Positions 46,601 through 55,492 of a stretch of 64,000 bases of DNA are shown here, in pieces. The stretch lies in the NCBI GenBank assembly GCA_017506175.1, contig JAFVNW010000060.1, forward strand, positions 11,490 through 75,489, in the 5' to 3' direction. The notes beneath the pieces are model-generated. The model was not told the origin of the DNA, did no database searches, and was given only the letters and a program-made list of their open reading frames with translations. The stretch is from Bacteroidales bacterium. GTDB lineage: Bacteria; Bacteroidota; Bacteroidia; Bacteroidales; WCHB1-69. The position numbers and the translations under genes are program-made. Every line of letters starts with the position of its first letter. Position 1 is the first letter of the stretch.

Positions 46601-46692
46601 GGCTGTCATGATATGGATGTATGGCTGTCATAATATGGATGTAGGGCAGTCATAATATGGATGTAGGGCAGTCATATTATGGCAGCCCTACA
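46601..46692 (+). repeat. 22-bp tandem repeat array (about 3.5 units) ending in a hairpin
   Basis: GGCTGTCATGATATGGATGTAT / GGCTGTCATAATATGGATGTAG / GGCAGTCATAATATGGATGTAG / GGCAGTCATATTATGGCAGCCCTAC. It is preceded by a 9-bp-stem hairpin ACAGCCCGA...TCGGGCTGT (46575-46606). Confidence 0.85.
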
Positions 46693-46848
46693 AACGCGGG
46701 ATTATTGGCAAACTAAAAAATGAGAATTGAAAACAGAAAATTATCTGGAGAAGATTGAAATATGAAAAGATGAAAGTTTGTGGATGACGCTTCTGCGGCT
46801 ATTGCAAAAGGACCAAAAAAGAACCTAAACGCCTGACAATAAATGTAT

Positions 46849-46856
46849 TACTTTTG
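46849..46856 (+). promoter_or_regulatory. Bacteroidota -7 promoter box (TACTTTTG) inside a duplicated promoter module
   Basis: TAnnTTTG match 38 nt upstream of ATG 46894. The surrounding ~55 bp are repeated at about 49114-49170. Confidence 0.55.
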
Positions 46857-46893
46857 CCGGCAAAAAAATATTATTAATCAAAACCAAATAATC

Positions 46894-48396
46894 ATGAAGA
46901 AATTTTTAATTGCATTATTATTTATCCCAATCTTTGTAATGGGACAAAAAACGATTAATGAAGCTACAAAAGATTTTACGGGAAAGACTTTCTTTGACTA
47001 TGATCTTTATACACATGCAGTTGGCACGTATAAATATTATTATGATGACGATGACAACAAAATTATGCATGGAACCTGCGTGATTAAAGGTGACGATTGG
47101 TGGGGATTGCATAAGGAAATCAAATTAAAGACAAATGGCACAGCAACATACACCGACGGCAAACTAAATGGTGCATTAACAATGTCACAAACATTTACAA
47201 ATCCAAAGTCATCTGCTTCTTGGTCGTTTAAAGCAGCTTACACCAATGGTGTACCAAGCGGAACCTGGACATATACTGAAACTGGAATCACAAAAAATGC
47301 GACCATGACCGCTTCCATAACATGGAAAGAGGGCAGGATGTCGGCTCTTAAAAGTGAAACCGGAGTTTCAATAACTATTAATAATGATGGGTATATCGTT
47401 TCAGGAACCGTAGAGGGAAATAGTTTCAAAAATGAATTTTTGATAAATAAGTTTATTAGGAAAAATGGAGAGTGGTCGCAAATAGAATCCGAACAGAAAG
47501 CACTCATTGATTCATATATAGCAGGCACCCTTTCGGAAGATGAACTTTTTGACAAAGGCTATATTATTGAAGATTATCAGTCTAAAATTGATGAATGGTT
47601 CATGTCTCACCTGACGAATGATTATGTTTATATTAAGTGGTTTGATCCAAGTTTTACTTTCCCCGATCATCCAAGATTTAAGGTCCTGAAAAAAGTCGCA
47701 TTACTCTCATTAGAGGAAATATTAGATTACTATGATCAATCTCACCAAAGGTATTCTTCTCTCGATGATAAATGGTACTATACAGGAGTGAATTTTGATA
47801 AAGTTGCAAGGGAACGCAATTATGATGGAAAATATATGACGGACGAAACTATCCAACAATGGAAAGAATTATTCAGCCAAAAGGTGAAGGAGATGGAGGA
47901 AAAGAAGGCTGAGGAGGCCAGACAGGCGGAACAGCGCAGGAAAGAAATGGAAGAGCGAGAGGCAGAGAGAGCAAGGCAGGCTGAAGAAAGAGAAAAAGCC
48001 GAGCAGCAACAAGCAACGGAAAGTGTAATCAAAGGTGCTATGGATTTGTTAACAGCATTGCCCAATGGCGAAGTGAAGTTTTGGGGCGCAGACATCATTA
48101 TTGGTGTTGAATATGACAAGAACCCATACGCTTGGAGTCAATACTTCACCTGCTATTCAGATTTAAGATCGAAGTTAGGCGTGAAACTCAAACCATTTCT
48201 TCCCTTTGATAGATACACCATTGATAATATAAATGGGGATGAGTGTACGTGTACAATTGAGAAATTTATTAGCAAGAAGAAGAGTGAGTTTTGGAAAACG
48301 ACAATCAAACTCAAAGATGGCAAGATATATTTAGATGAATCTTTTGATTTCTCAAATGCCGTAAAAATTGAGACGGATCAGGATGGTAGTAAATAA
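46894..48396 (+). CDS. hypothetical exported protein with MORN/YwqK-like repeats and a charged coiled-coil segment (ATG 46894 preferred)
   Basis: Signal peptide MKKFLIALLFIPIFVMGQ, TYTDGKLNGALT / YTNGVPSGTWTYTE repeats, and an E/K/R/A-rich stretch KEMEEKKAEEARQAEQRRKEMEEREAERARQAEEREKAEQ. Confidence 0.6.
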   Translation: MKKFLIALLFIPIFVMGQKTINEATKDFTGKTFFDYDLYTHAVGTYKYYYDDDDNKIMHGTCVIKGDDWWGLHKEIKLKTNGTATYTDGKLNGALTMSQTFTNPKSSASWSFKAAYTNGVPSGTWTYTETGITKNATMTASITWKEGRMSALKSETGVSITINNDGYIVSGTVEGNSFKNEFLINKFIRKNGEWSQIESEQKALIDSYIAGTLSEDELFDKGYIIEDYQSKIDEWFMSHLTNDYVYIKWFDPSFTFPDHPRFKVLKKVALLSLEEILDYYDQSHQRYSSLDDKWYYTGVNFDKVARERNYDGKYMTDETIQQWKELFSQKVKEMEEKKAEEARQAEQRRKEMEEREAERARQAEEREKAEQQQATESVIKGAMDLLTALPNGEVKFWGADIIIGVEYDKNPYAWSQYFTCYSDLRSKLGVKLKPFLPFDRYTIDNINGDECTCTIEKFISKKKSEFWKTTIKLKDGKIYLDESFDFSNAVKIETDQDGSK

Positions 48397-48417
48397 ACAC
48401 AAAAGATGAGGGTGACT

Positions 48418-48445
48418 GTAGAGACGATGTGCACATCGTCTCTAC
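48418..48445. terminator. perfect 28-bp palindrome between convergent genes (bidirectional terminator candidate)
   Basis: GTAGAGACGATGTG/CACATCGTCTCTAC with no loop mismatch. It abuts the stop codon of the minus-strand gene. Confidence 0.6.
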
Positions 48446-49014
48446 TACATCACCTTCACGCTTGTGAGGCCGCCCTTGTTGCCCATCACAAACAGTTCTT
48501 TCGAGCCGTCGGGGGTGAAATGTTCCACGTAGAGGGGTTCGTGTTCCATGAAGCGGTCGCAGAGGAACGTCTCGCCGGCTTTGAGTTTGGCGTTTTCGGA
48601 TTCGCGGATCACAAACCGGTGCTCCCCTTGGTATTCGAGCAGGCAGCGGCGGTTGGGATTCCATGTGACTTCCAGCCGGCTGCCGACGGGCAAATTATTG
48701 ACATCCAGCGTTGTGCCTATCACGCGGTGCGACGACTGCACACCATCCACCTCGCAGTAGTCGCTCACGAAGGTCTCCCAGTCGGGGTAGCCGATGAAGC
48801 GGGCGAGGATGTTGAGGGTGCTCTCGCGGGTGGAGGCGTAGCCGTCCACATAGCCCCAAAGCCGTTTGAGGGTGGAGGTGGCGACGGTTTCGCCGAGGCG
48901 TTCTTGTATCACCCCGGCGAGAAAGGTGAAATCGGTGGAGGTTTTGATACGATGGTTGGCCGACTCCTCGACGCAGTGGCGCAGCAGGGCGATGTTCTGG
49001 CTGATTTCGGGCAT
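48445..49014 (-). CDS. hypothetical protein, possible HTH-type DNA-binding N-terminus
   Basis: 189 aa. The N-terminal ...FLAGVIQERLGETVATSTLKRLWGYVDG...LNILARFIGYPDWETF looks helix-turn-helix-like. It is divergent from the operator-like repeats at 49074-49135. Confidence 0.55.
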   Translation of the reverse strand: MPEISQNIALLRHCVEESANHRIKTSTDFTFLAGVIQERLGETVATSTLKRLWGYVDGYASTRESTLNILARFIGYPDWETFVSDYCEVDGVQSSHRVIGTTLDVNNLPVGSRLEVTWNPNRRCLLEYQGEHRFVIRESENAKLKAGETFLCDRFMEHEPLYVEHFTPDGSKELFVMGNKGGLTSVKVM

Positions 49015-49034
49015 GATAGCATATTTTGATGCGG

Positions 49035-49042
49035 CAAAAATA
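49035..49042 (-). promoter_or_regulatory. Bacteroidota -7 promoter box (TATTTTTG on the minus strand)
   Basis: Reverse complement of CAAAAATA, 21 nt upstream of the start at 49014. Confidence 0.5.
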
Positions 49043-49073
49043 CGCCAATTTTCGGAATGAGGCGGTGGACGGA

Positions 49074-49135
49074 AGGTTCTTTTAAGGTTCTTTATAGGTT
49101 TACCTAACCCTTGAAAAAGAACCTAAAAAGAACCT
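49074..49135. promoter_or_regulatory. operator-like inverted pair of tandem 11-bp repeats
   Basis: AGGTTCTTTTA AGGTTCTTTAT (49074-49095), an 18-bp spacer, then AAAAAGAACCT AAAAAGAACCT (49114-49135). Confidence 0.55.
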
Positions 49136-49157
49136 AACTGCGTGATTATAAATGTTT

Positions 49158-49165
49158 TATTTTTG
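49158..49165 (+). promoter_or_regulatory. Bacteroidota -7 promoter box (TATTTTTG) inside a duplicated promoter module
   Basis: TAnnTTTG match 84 nt upstream of ATG 49249. Confidence 0.5.
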
Positions 49166-49248
49166 CCGCCGAAAAAAACACAGTAGCTATTGACCCTTGC
49201 GATCTGTGGGAAATGAACTAAAGGGTCCGGATTTAAAAATTAATAAAA

Positions 49249-49602
49249 ATGGGTAAATTTAAAATTGAAAATGTAATTGGTGCAGGCATCGCATTGTTGT
49301 CAGTGATCATGCTTACGTTTCTTCCGTTAATCAAAAGGTATGCTCTATTTAAACTTTTTGGAGACTTTACAGGCCTCGCTCTTGTGTGGATTTTTTTCCC
49401 CTTGGTTGCTGTAGTCAGCCATCTGTTTGGAAAGCTAAAAATGCTTACCGCCTTCCTTATGCTGATTCCCGTTTTATGGGGTTTGGTGTACGTTCACTAC
49501 GGAGCCGCAGGAGCCGGTTACTGGGTTTATGTGGCCATGACCATTATTTTGATTGTCTATACCATTATAGTAAAAAAGAAGATGGCAAAACGGAACGACT
49601 AA
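49249..49602 (+). CDS. hypothetical small membrane protein
   Basis: 117 aa with four hydrophobic helices. Confidence 0.55.
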   Translation: MGKFKIENVIGAGIALLSVIMLTFLPLIKRYALFKLFGDFTGLALVWIFFPLVAVVSHLFGKLKMLTAFLMLIPVLWGLVYVHYGAAGAGYWVYVAMTIILIVYTIIVKKKMAKRND

Positions 49603-49638
49603 CTAAATATTCTTTAACAGTTTAAAAATCAAATAATT

Positions 49639-50355
49639 ATGAAAAGAAATATTCTAACCATAATGGCAGGTGCAGTGCTGGTAGTGCTGGCCGCTGCATT
49701 CGTTTCTTGCGGTTCGAAGGGTGGTGACTCAAAGGATGGGGAGAACAAAGACTCCAAAGTGATTATCAATAAAGATATCATTACTTGGCGCAACCCCGAT
49801 AGCTGGAACACCATACCACAAGAAAGTAGATTCATTGAGACTGCCCAAGGTTCCTATAATCTGACAGATAAGGACGGGAAGATGGAGATTGCCATTGATT
49901 TCGTCAAAACCAAAGAGGTCGGCGACAATGTTATTGAAAACTTGCGCACCATCGATTTACAGTTTGGCGGCTGCACTTTTCAGGCAGACAAATCGGTTAT
50001 TCTCAAGGAGATACAAAATGCCAAAATAGGGGATAAGTTAAAAATTCCTTTCTCCTATATCTACGCTTCCGACAAAGAAAAACAGAGAATCATTGAGGAT
50101 AAAACCCCCAGCATGACCATTGAGTTATGCCTTCCCAAAGAGGTGAGCGAATCCGACTCTGGGGATGATCTGCTCGACGTAGAAGGTGAGTATGACAAGG
50201 CTTCCAAGAAGGTCGCTGATGAGTATGACAAGGCATACAAGAAGGTTTCTGACGAGTATGAGAAGGCTTCCAAGAAAGCTCAAGATGAGTACGACCGCGC
50301 CTATCAAAAAGCCCAGAAGCAAGTTGATGATGCCCTTAATTCATACGGCTGGTAA
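49639..50355 (+). CDS. hypothetical lipoprotein with four tandem 11-aa C-terminal repeats
   Basis: Lipobox AAAFVSCGSK. Repeats EYDKASKKVAD / EYDKAYKKVSD / EYEKASKKAQD / EYDRAYQKAQK (nt 50188-50319). Confidence 0.6.
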   Translation: MKRNILTIMAGAVLVVLAAAFVSCGSKGGDSKDGENKDSKVIINKDIITWRNPDSWNTIPQESRFIETAQGSYNLTDKDGKMEIAIDFVKTKEVGDNVIENLRTIDLQFGGCTFQADKSVILKEIQNAKIGDKLKIPFSYIYASDKEKQRIIEDKTPSMTIELCLPKEVSESDSGDDLLDVEGEYDKASKKVADEYDKAYKKVSDEYEKASKKAQDEYDRAYQKAQKQVDDALNSYGW

Positions 50356-50465
50356 CCCATTCTGTGATACTTTTTCATTTGTGATTTCTATAATGGCTGC
50401 CTCCTATCCTGAATGGTAGGAGGCTTTCTTTTTGTCCATTCCACAAAATTCCGTATTTTTGCGCC

Positions 50466-51833
50466 ATGATTGATAGCACCGACGACATCTCGACCTCCGG
50501 CCGCATCGAGCCTGCGCAATACCACGTTTCGGAACGGTTCTCTGGTCACAGCGAGCTGCCCTCCAAAAGCTACTGCCGGCTCTGTAAGGTGCAACGCTAT
50601 GGGAAATGGTTTGTGCTGAAGTCGTTGAAAGCCGAATACACCTCCGATCCGGTTTATAACGGACTGCTGGACAAGGAGTACCAGCTCATGATGCAGCTCA
50701 ACCACCCGAATGTGGTGCGCGTTTACGGCATGGAGGAAGATGCGGTGATGGGGCGTAGCATCGTGATGGAGTGGGTGGACGGGCTGACGCTGGAGGAACT
50801 GATGCAAGAGAAGCCCTCGATAGAACTTCGCCGCACGATATGCCGCCAGATTTTGGACGCGCTCGCCTACTGCCATGCCCAGCAAATCATCCACCGCGAC
50901 CTGAAACCGAGCAACATTCTCATCACAAGGAATGGCAACAATGTGAAAATCATCGACTTTGGACTTTCCGACAGTGATGTTTTTGCCGTGCTGAAGGAGC
51001 CGGCCTACACAAAGGCTTATGCCGCCCCCGAACAGTTGGCCGGCGAGGAGCTCGACTGCCGCACCGACCTGTACGCCTTCGGCCGGATTCTGAATCAGCT
51101 GTTCCCGTCTCGCTACCGGCGGGTGGTGCGGAAGTGCCTGCAACCGCAGCGGGATAGACGCTATGGCTCGGCGGCGGAGGTGGAAGCGGCGATGACGGCC
51201 TGCGAACGGCAACGCAGAATCCTCCCTTGGGTGGTGCTCGCACTGGCGGTCGTCGGGATGCTGCTGGCCGCCATCCTGCCGTGGATGAGGTTCCAGGAGA
51301 AGCCCGCCCCGCCCGAAGTGCCAACGGAAATGAAGTCCCCAGCATTGCCACAGACGGTAGGGAAGGAGCAGACCCCGACAACTTCCGTAACCGTGGAACA
51401 GCCAATATTACTGAAAGGAGAAGAAGCAAAGACGAAAGCATTGGATGCAGCCGTTGCCCGCCTTCGTTTTGAGATGGACAGTATGTTCAAGCCGCTGGAA
51501 AAAGCCAAAAGGGATGGGAAAATCCAGTATCGGGAGCAGTACGAGTCGAGGAAGTCGCTCATTTTTTGCAAAAGCAGCTTGCGGATAGCGCAGCTGAAAG
51601 CGCAACTACCATTGGAACAGCGGAGTACGTTCCAGGAATTGGCCAATTCCGTATGGAACGGGCACTATAATTCGCATAGCATCATGGCGGACGATGGAAC
51701 ATTCACCATGCCCTCATTGCACGATTATTATACCCAAGGAAAGATATCAAAAGCGGTATTCGATTCCCTAAACAAGGAGTGTTTGGATGACGTATACGAG
51801 GTTGCCCGTTTGCATAAGGAATGGCCGAATTAA
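50466..51833 (+). CDS. serine/threonine protein kinase with a TM helix and an extracytoplasmic C-terminal domain
   Basis: Hanks kinase motifs HRDLKPSNILI, DFGLS and APE. TM helix WVVLALAVVGMLLAAILPW. Confidence 0.85.
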   Translation: MIDSTDDISTSGRIEPAQYHVSERFSGHSELPSKSYCRLCKVQRYGKWFVLKSLKAEYTSDPVYNGLLDKEYQLMMQLNHPNVVRVYGMEEDAVMGRSIVMEWVDGLTLEELMQEKPSIELRRTICRQILDALAYCHAQQIIHRDLKPSNILITRNGNNVKIIDFGLSDSDVFAVLKEPAYTKAYAAPEQLAGEELDCRTDLYAFGRILNQLFPSRYRRVVRKCLQPQRDRRYGSAAEVEAAMTACERQRRILPWVVLALAVVGMLLAAILPWMRFQEKPAPPEVPTEMKSPALPQTVGKEQTPTTSVTVEQPILLKGEEAKTKALDAAVARLRFEMDSMFKPLEKAKRDGKIQYREQYESRKSLIFCKSSLRIAQLKAQLPLEQRSTFQELANSVWNGHYNSHSIMADDGTFTMPSLHDYYTQGKISKAVFDSLNKECLDDVYEVARLHKEWPN

Positions 51834-52188
51834 ACTAATAATTGGCGAGCCAATGGCTGAAAAAGCGGTCATAATGTGTCAAAAATCTATGAATTTTGGG
51901 CACAAATACGGGTAAAAATGGGGTGGTCTGACGAGTCAATCTGGCTTCTGCAAAGGATTTCATTGATATTTTCATGACGAAAAGTTCGTCACGAAAAGTT
52001 CGTTACAACTTTTTCGCGGCAAAATACTAAATTGGGTGAATAAATCACCAGATAATATATTTTCAGGGCCGTTGTTAGGACAATTGTTTTGACAGTAACT
52101 TGAGTGCGGAAAGTGGGGTAAAATATGCAGTTTCCGCACCTGAGTTTGCATTTTTTGTAAAAATAGATAATGCGTGACTTCTGTCCTC

Positions 52189-52944
52189 TCACCGCCCCCA
52201 CTCCGCCTTCATCTTGCAGTATTCGCTTCCATCGGAGGCGTTGACAATGGAGAAAAGATGCTCGCTTTCGCTCTTTTTCTGCAAGAATGTGGCGTACTCA
52301 TCGTCAGCCTTGATCTGTTTCGTGTAGTTGATAATCAACTCTTTCAGATGATGGTGCTGCAGAAAATCGAAGTCGTAACTGTCGATGAACCAGCGCACAT
52401 ACGTTGTGTTGTTGACGTGATGGTTGACATCGATGTCGGAGTATTTTACGCGCTGGGGTAGGAGGGATGAGGTCTCTTCGGGGAGGGCGATTCGCGGTAC
52501 CTTCAGGTTCATCTCAAAGGAGGAGTCCGCACCAATCAGGTAGGGCACGTCGCTTCCAATTACCTCCTCCACTTTCAGCGGGTGGAAGTCGGCGGTGCTC
52601 ATCACAATCCATAGCGATTGGGCGCGCAGGAAGCGGGTGCCGTCGTCGCCAACCACTTCGAAACTACGGGGTTGCAGCAGGTTTTGCGGCGGATTGGCCC
52701 ACGTGCGGATGGTGATGTGGTCGTACTTGCGCGGAAGTCGCTCGATTTGCAGCCCCATGCGGTAAATCGCCCAGAAACCACCCTTCTCGTTCAGCTCCTT
52801 CCAACCAATACCGCGCGAATCCACGTGCAGGTCGGCAGTCGTCTGCATACAACCCAACAGATATTGAAGGTTCACATTTTGGTTTGCATCAATGGTATGT
52901 GATTGAATGTCAAATTGTTGCGAAAAAATTGCGGATGAATCCAT
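52189..52944 (-). CDS. acyl-ACP thioesterase (Met at 52944 preferred over the track start 53031)
   Basis: About 250 aa with a double hot-dog pattern: ...LLGCMQTTADLHVDSRGIGW...GGFWAIYRMGLQIERLP ... DIDVNHHVNNTTYVRW. Confidence 0.75.
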   Translation of the reverse strand: MDSSAIFSQQFDIQSHTIDANQNVNLQYLLGCMQTTADLHVDSRGIGWKELNEKGGFWAIYRMGLQIERLPRKYDHITIRTWANPPQNLLQPRSFEVVGDDGTRFLRAQSLWIVMSTADFHPLKVEEVIGSDVPYLIGADSSFEMNLKVPRIALPEETSSLLPQRVKYSDIDVNHHVNNTTYVRWFIDSYDFDFLQHHHLKELIINYTKQIKADDEYATFLQKKSESEHLFSIVNASDGSEYCKMKAEWGR

Positions 52945-53086
52945 TGGTCTGTTTTTGGGAATGCAAAAGTAGTAAAAATCTTTAACGATGACATCGACTT
53001 TGACATTGACCGCGTGTGCTGGACCTGCCAAACGTGTAAAATTGTCTGCGTCGCGCCATCAATCATTAATAATTAATCATTATTTT

Positions 53087-53094
53087 GTACTTTT
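53087..53094 (+). promoter_or_regulatory. Bacteroidota -7 promoter box (TACTTTTG)
   Basis: TAnnTTTG match 29 nt upstream of ATG 53123. Confidence 0.5.
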
Positions 53095-53122
53095 GCAGGC
53101 TCATTTAAGGAATGATTTAGGA

Positions 53123-54340
53123 ATGAAAAACGAGGAGAAAACGCTGGAGAAGACTGTGGAGGCCGCTGTGATTGCAGGGATTTCCACGCCCGCCTGCCCG
53201 CCCGAGCGGGTGAACGAGTACTTGGACGAGCTTGCTTTTCTGCTGGATACGGCAGGCGGGCAGGCTGTGAAGCGCTTCACCCAGAATCTGCCCTATCCCG
53301 ACCCCAAATTCTACCTCGGAAGTGGAAAGTTGTCGGAAGTGGCTGAATACGTGAAAGAGAACAAAATCGATATGGCGGTTTTCGACGACGAGCTATCCCC
53401 GGCGCAAATCCGCAACATCGAGGGCGTACTGCATTGCAAAATCCTCGACCGCACCCACTTGATTCTGGACATCTTTTCCAAGCGTGCGCAAACCGCACAC
53501 TCCAAAGTGCAAGTGGAATTGGCTCAGTATCAGTATCTTCTACCCAGGTTGACCGGTATGTGGACCCACTTGCAGAAGCAACGCGGCGGCATCGGCATGC
53601 GCGGTCCGGGTGAAAAGGAAATTGAAACCGACCGGCGTATCATCCGCGACCGCATTTCATTGCTAAAGAGGAAGTTACAAGATATTGATCGCCAGAAGCA
53701 GACGCAGCGCAGCAACCGAGGTCAGTTCGTCCGAGTAGCCCTTGTCGGCTATACTAACGTGGGCAAGTCCACCCTGATGAATCTCATCAGCAAGTCCAAT
53801 GTCTTCGCCGAAAACAAACTCTTTGCCACTTTGGACACCACTGTCCGCAAAGTGGTCATCGAAAACCTGCCCTTCCTGCTCTCCGACACCGTCGGCTTCA
53901 TCCGCAAACTGCCTCACAGCCTCGTCGAGTCCTTCAAGTCCACGCTGGACGAAATCCGCGAAACCGATCTCATACTCCACGTCGTGGATATCAGCCATCC
54001 CGATTTTGAAGAACAAATTTCCATTGTCAATCAAACACTTCAGGAAATTGGAGCCGGCAATAAACCCGTCATTACCATTTTTAACAAAATCGACAACTAC
54101 ACTTGGGTGGAAAAAGAACCCGATGACCTGACCCCGAAAACCAAGGAAAACATCACGTTGGAGGAACTCAAACAGACTTGGATGGCGAAAATCAACCACA
54201 AAACACTCTTCATCTCCGCCACCAAACGCGAAAATATCGATGAACTCAAGTCCGTCTTGTATGAAGAGGTGAAAAAACTTCACATCCAGATTTATCCATA
54301 CAACAACTTCCTCTATGACATTCCGCAGGAATTACAATGA
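53123..54340 (+). CDS. hflX: GTPase HflX (ATG 53123 preferred)
   Basis: HflX N-domain (LDRTHLILDIFSKRAQTAHSKVQVELAQ), GIGMRGPGEKEIETDRR, and G motifs GYTNVGKST and DTVGF. Confidence 0.9.
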   Translation: MKNEEKTLEKTVEAAVIAGISTPACPPERVNEYLDELAFLLDTAGGQAVKRFTQNLPYPDPKFYLGSGKLSEVAEYVKENKIDMAVFDDELSPAQIRNIEGVLHCKILDRTHLILDIFSKRAQTAHSKVQVELAQYQYLLPRLTGMWTHLQKQRGGIGMRGPGEKEIETDRRIIRDRISLLKRKLQDIDRQKQTQRSNRGQFVRVALVGYTNVGKSTLMNLISKSNVFAENKLFATLDTTVRKVVIENLPFLLSDTVGFIRKLPHSLVESFKSTLDEIRETDLILHVVDISHPDFEEQISIVNQTLQEIGAGNKPVITIFNKIDNYTWVEKEPDDLTPKTKENITLEELKQTWMAKINHKTLFISATKRENIDELKSVLYEEVKKLHIQIYPYNNFLYDIPQELQ

Positions 54341-54376
54341 TAATCGGACAGAAACCAATCAAAACCACATAATTAT

Positions 54377-55378
54377 ATGAGTGAAAATCCATTTAAAATC
54401 GGCATTACGCAAGGCGACATCAACGGAATCAGCTATGAAGTGATTCTCAAGGCGCTGAGCGACAATAAGATCACAGAACTCTGTACCCCAATCATTTACG
54501 GCATTGCGAAAGTCGCCAGTTTCCATAAAAGCAAACTCGACATGCAGGAATCCACCATCCAGGTCATCAAAAAACTGGAGCAGGTCAATCTGAAGAAAAG
54601 CAACCTGCTCAATCTGGTGGAACAGGAGGTGAAGGTGGATTTGGGAACCTCCACCGAGACGGCTGGGAAAATGGCGGAGCTCTCATTGAATTCTGCTTGC
54701 AATGATTTGAAAAACAAGAAGATAGATGCCATCGTGACGGCACCCATCAACAAGGCGAACATTCAGTCGGCGACTTTCAAGTTCAATGGGCACACTGAAT
54801 ATCTCGCCTCGCAGTTCGATGCCAAGGACGCCACAATGATGATGATTTCCGATGACTGCCGCATTGCTTTCGCCACCAACCATCTGCCGGTGGAGCAAGT
54901 TTCGAAATCATTAAGCAAAGATTTGATAATCAAGAAATTGCAGATTATCAACGCTACTTTGAAAAAAGATTTCGCCTGCACGAATCCTACGATTGCGGTG
55001 TTGGCGCTGAATCCGCATGCGGGCGACAATGGTTTGATTGGAAATGAGGAGAAGGAGATTATCAAGCCCGCCATTGATGCCGCGTTTATGTCCAAAATCA
55101 ACGCCTTCGGTCCTTTTCCCGCAGACGGTTTCTTTGGCACTGGCCATTATCGCAAGTTCGATGCCGTTCTGGCCATGTACCACGACCAGGGCATGGTCCC
55201 GTTCAAGGTCATTTCCCGCGGCGAAGGCGTGAACTTTACCGCTGGTCTGCCCATTGTGCGAACCTCTCCCGCCCACGGTACGGCCTACGATATCGTGGGA
55301 CGAAACCTCGCCTCTGGCAACTCCATGCGCAATGCCATCTATTTAGCCATCGACATCCTAAGAAATAGGTTGAGGTAG
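54377..55378 (+). CDS. pdxA: 4-hydroxythreonine-4-phosphate dehydrogenase
   Basis: GITQGDINGISYEV, VTAPINK, GHTEYLA, LNPHAGDNG and VRTSPAHGTA motifs. Confidence 0.9.
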   Translation: MSENPFKIGITQGDINGISYEVILKALSDNKITELCTPIIYGIAKVASFHKSKLDMQESTIQVIKKLEQVNLKKSNLLNLVEQEVKVDLGTSTETAGKMAELSLNSACNDLKNKKIDAIVTAPINKANIQSATFKFNGHTEYLASQFDAKDATMMMISDDCRIAFATNHLPVEQVSKSLSKDLIIKKLQIINATLKKDFACTNPTIAVLALNPHAGDNGLIGNEEKEIIKPAIDAAFMSKINAFGPFPADGFFGTGHYRKFDAVLAMYHDQGMVPFKVISRGEGVNFTAGLPIVRTSPAHGTAYDIVGRNLASGNSMRNAIYLAIDILRNRLR

Positions 55379-55492
55379 TGCTCTGATTTTGGGAAAAAAT
55401 GTCTTGATTTCTCGAACAAGTTCGCAGTTCACCAATCACGCTTCTACATGTGGCATTTTCGGGATAATCAATTAAAAATCAATAATAAAAGT

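Noticed and set aside
46601-46692. Tandem 22-bp repeats as a CRISPR array.
   Set aside because: The units are directly adjacent with no spacers, there are too few of them, and no cas genes are in the window.
50454-50461. TATTTTTG box 5 nt before the kinase ATG as its promoter.
   Set aside because: The spacing would place the transcription start inside or at the start codon. It was not reported as a feature because it would need a leaderless mRNA or another start.
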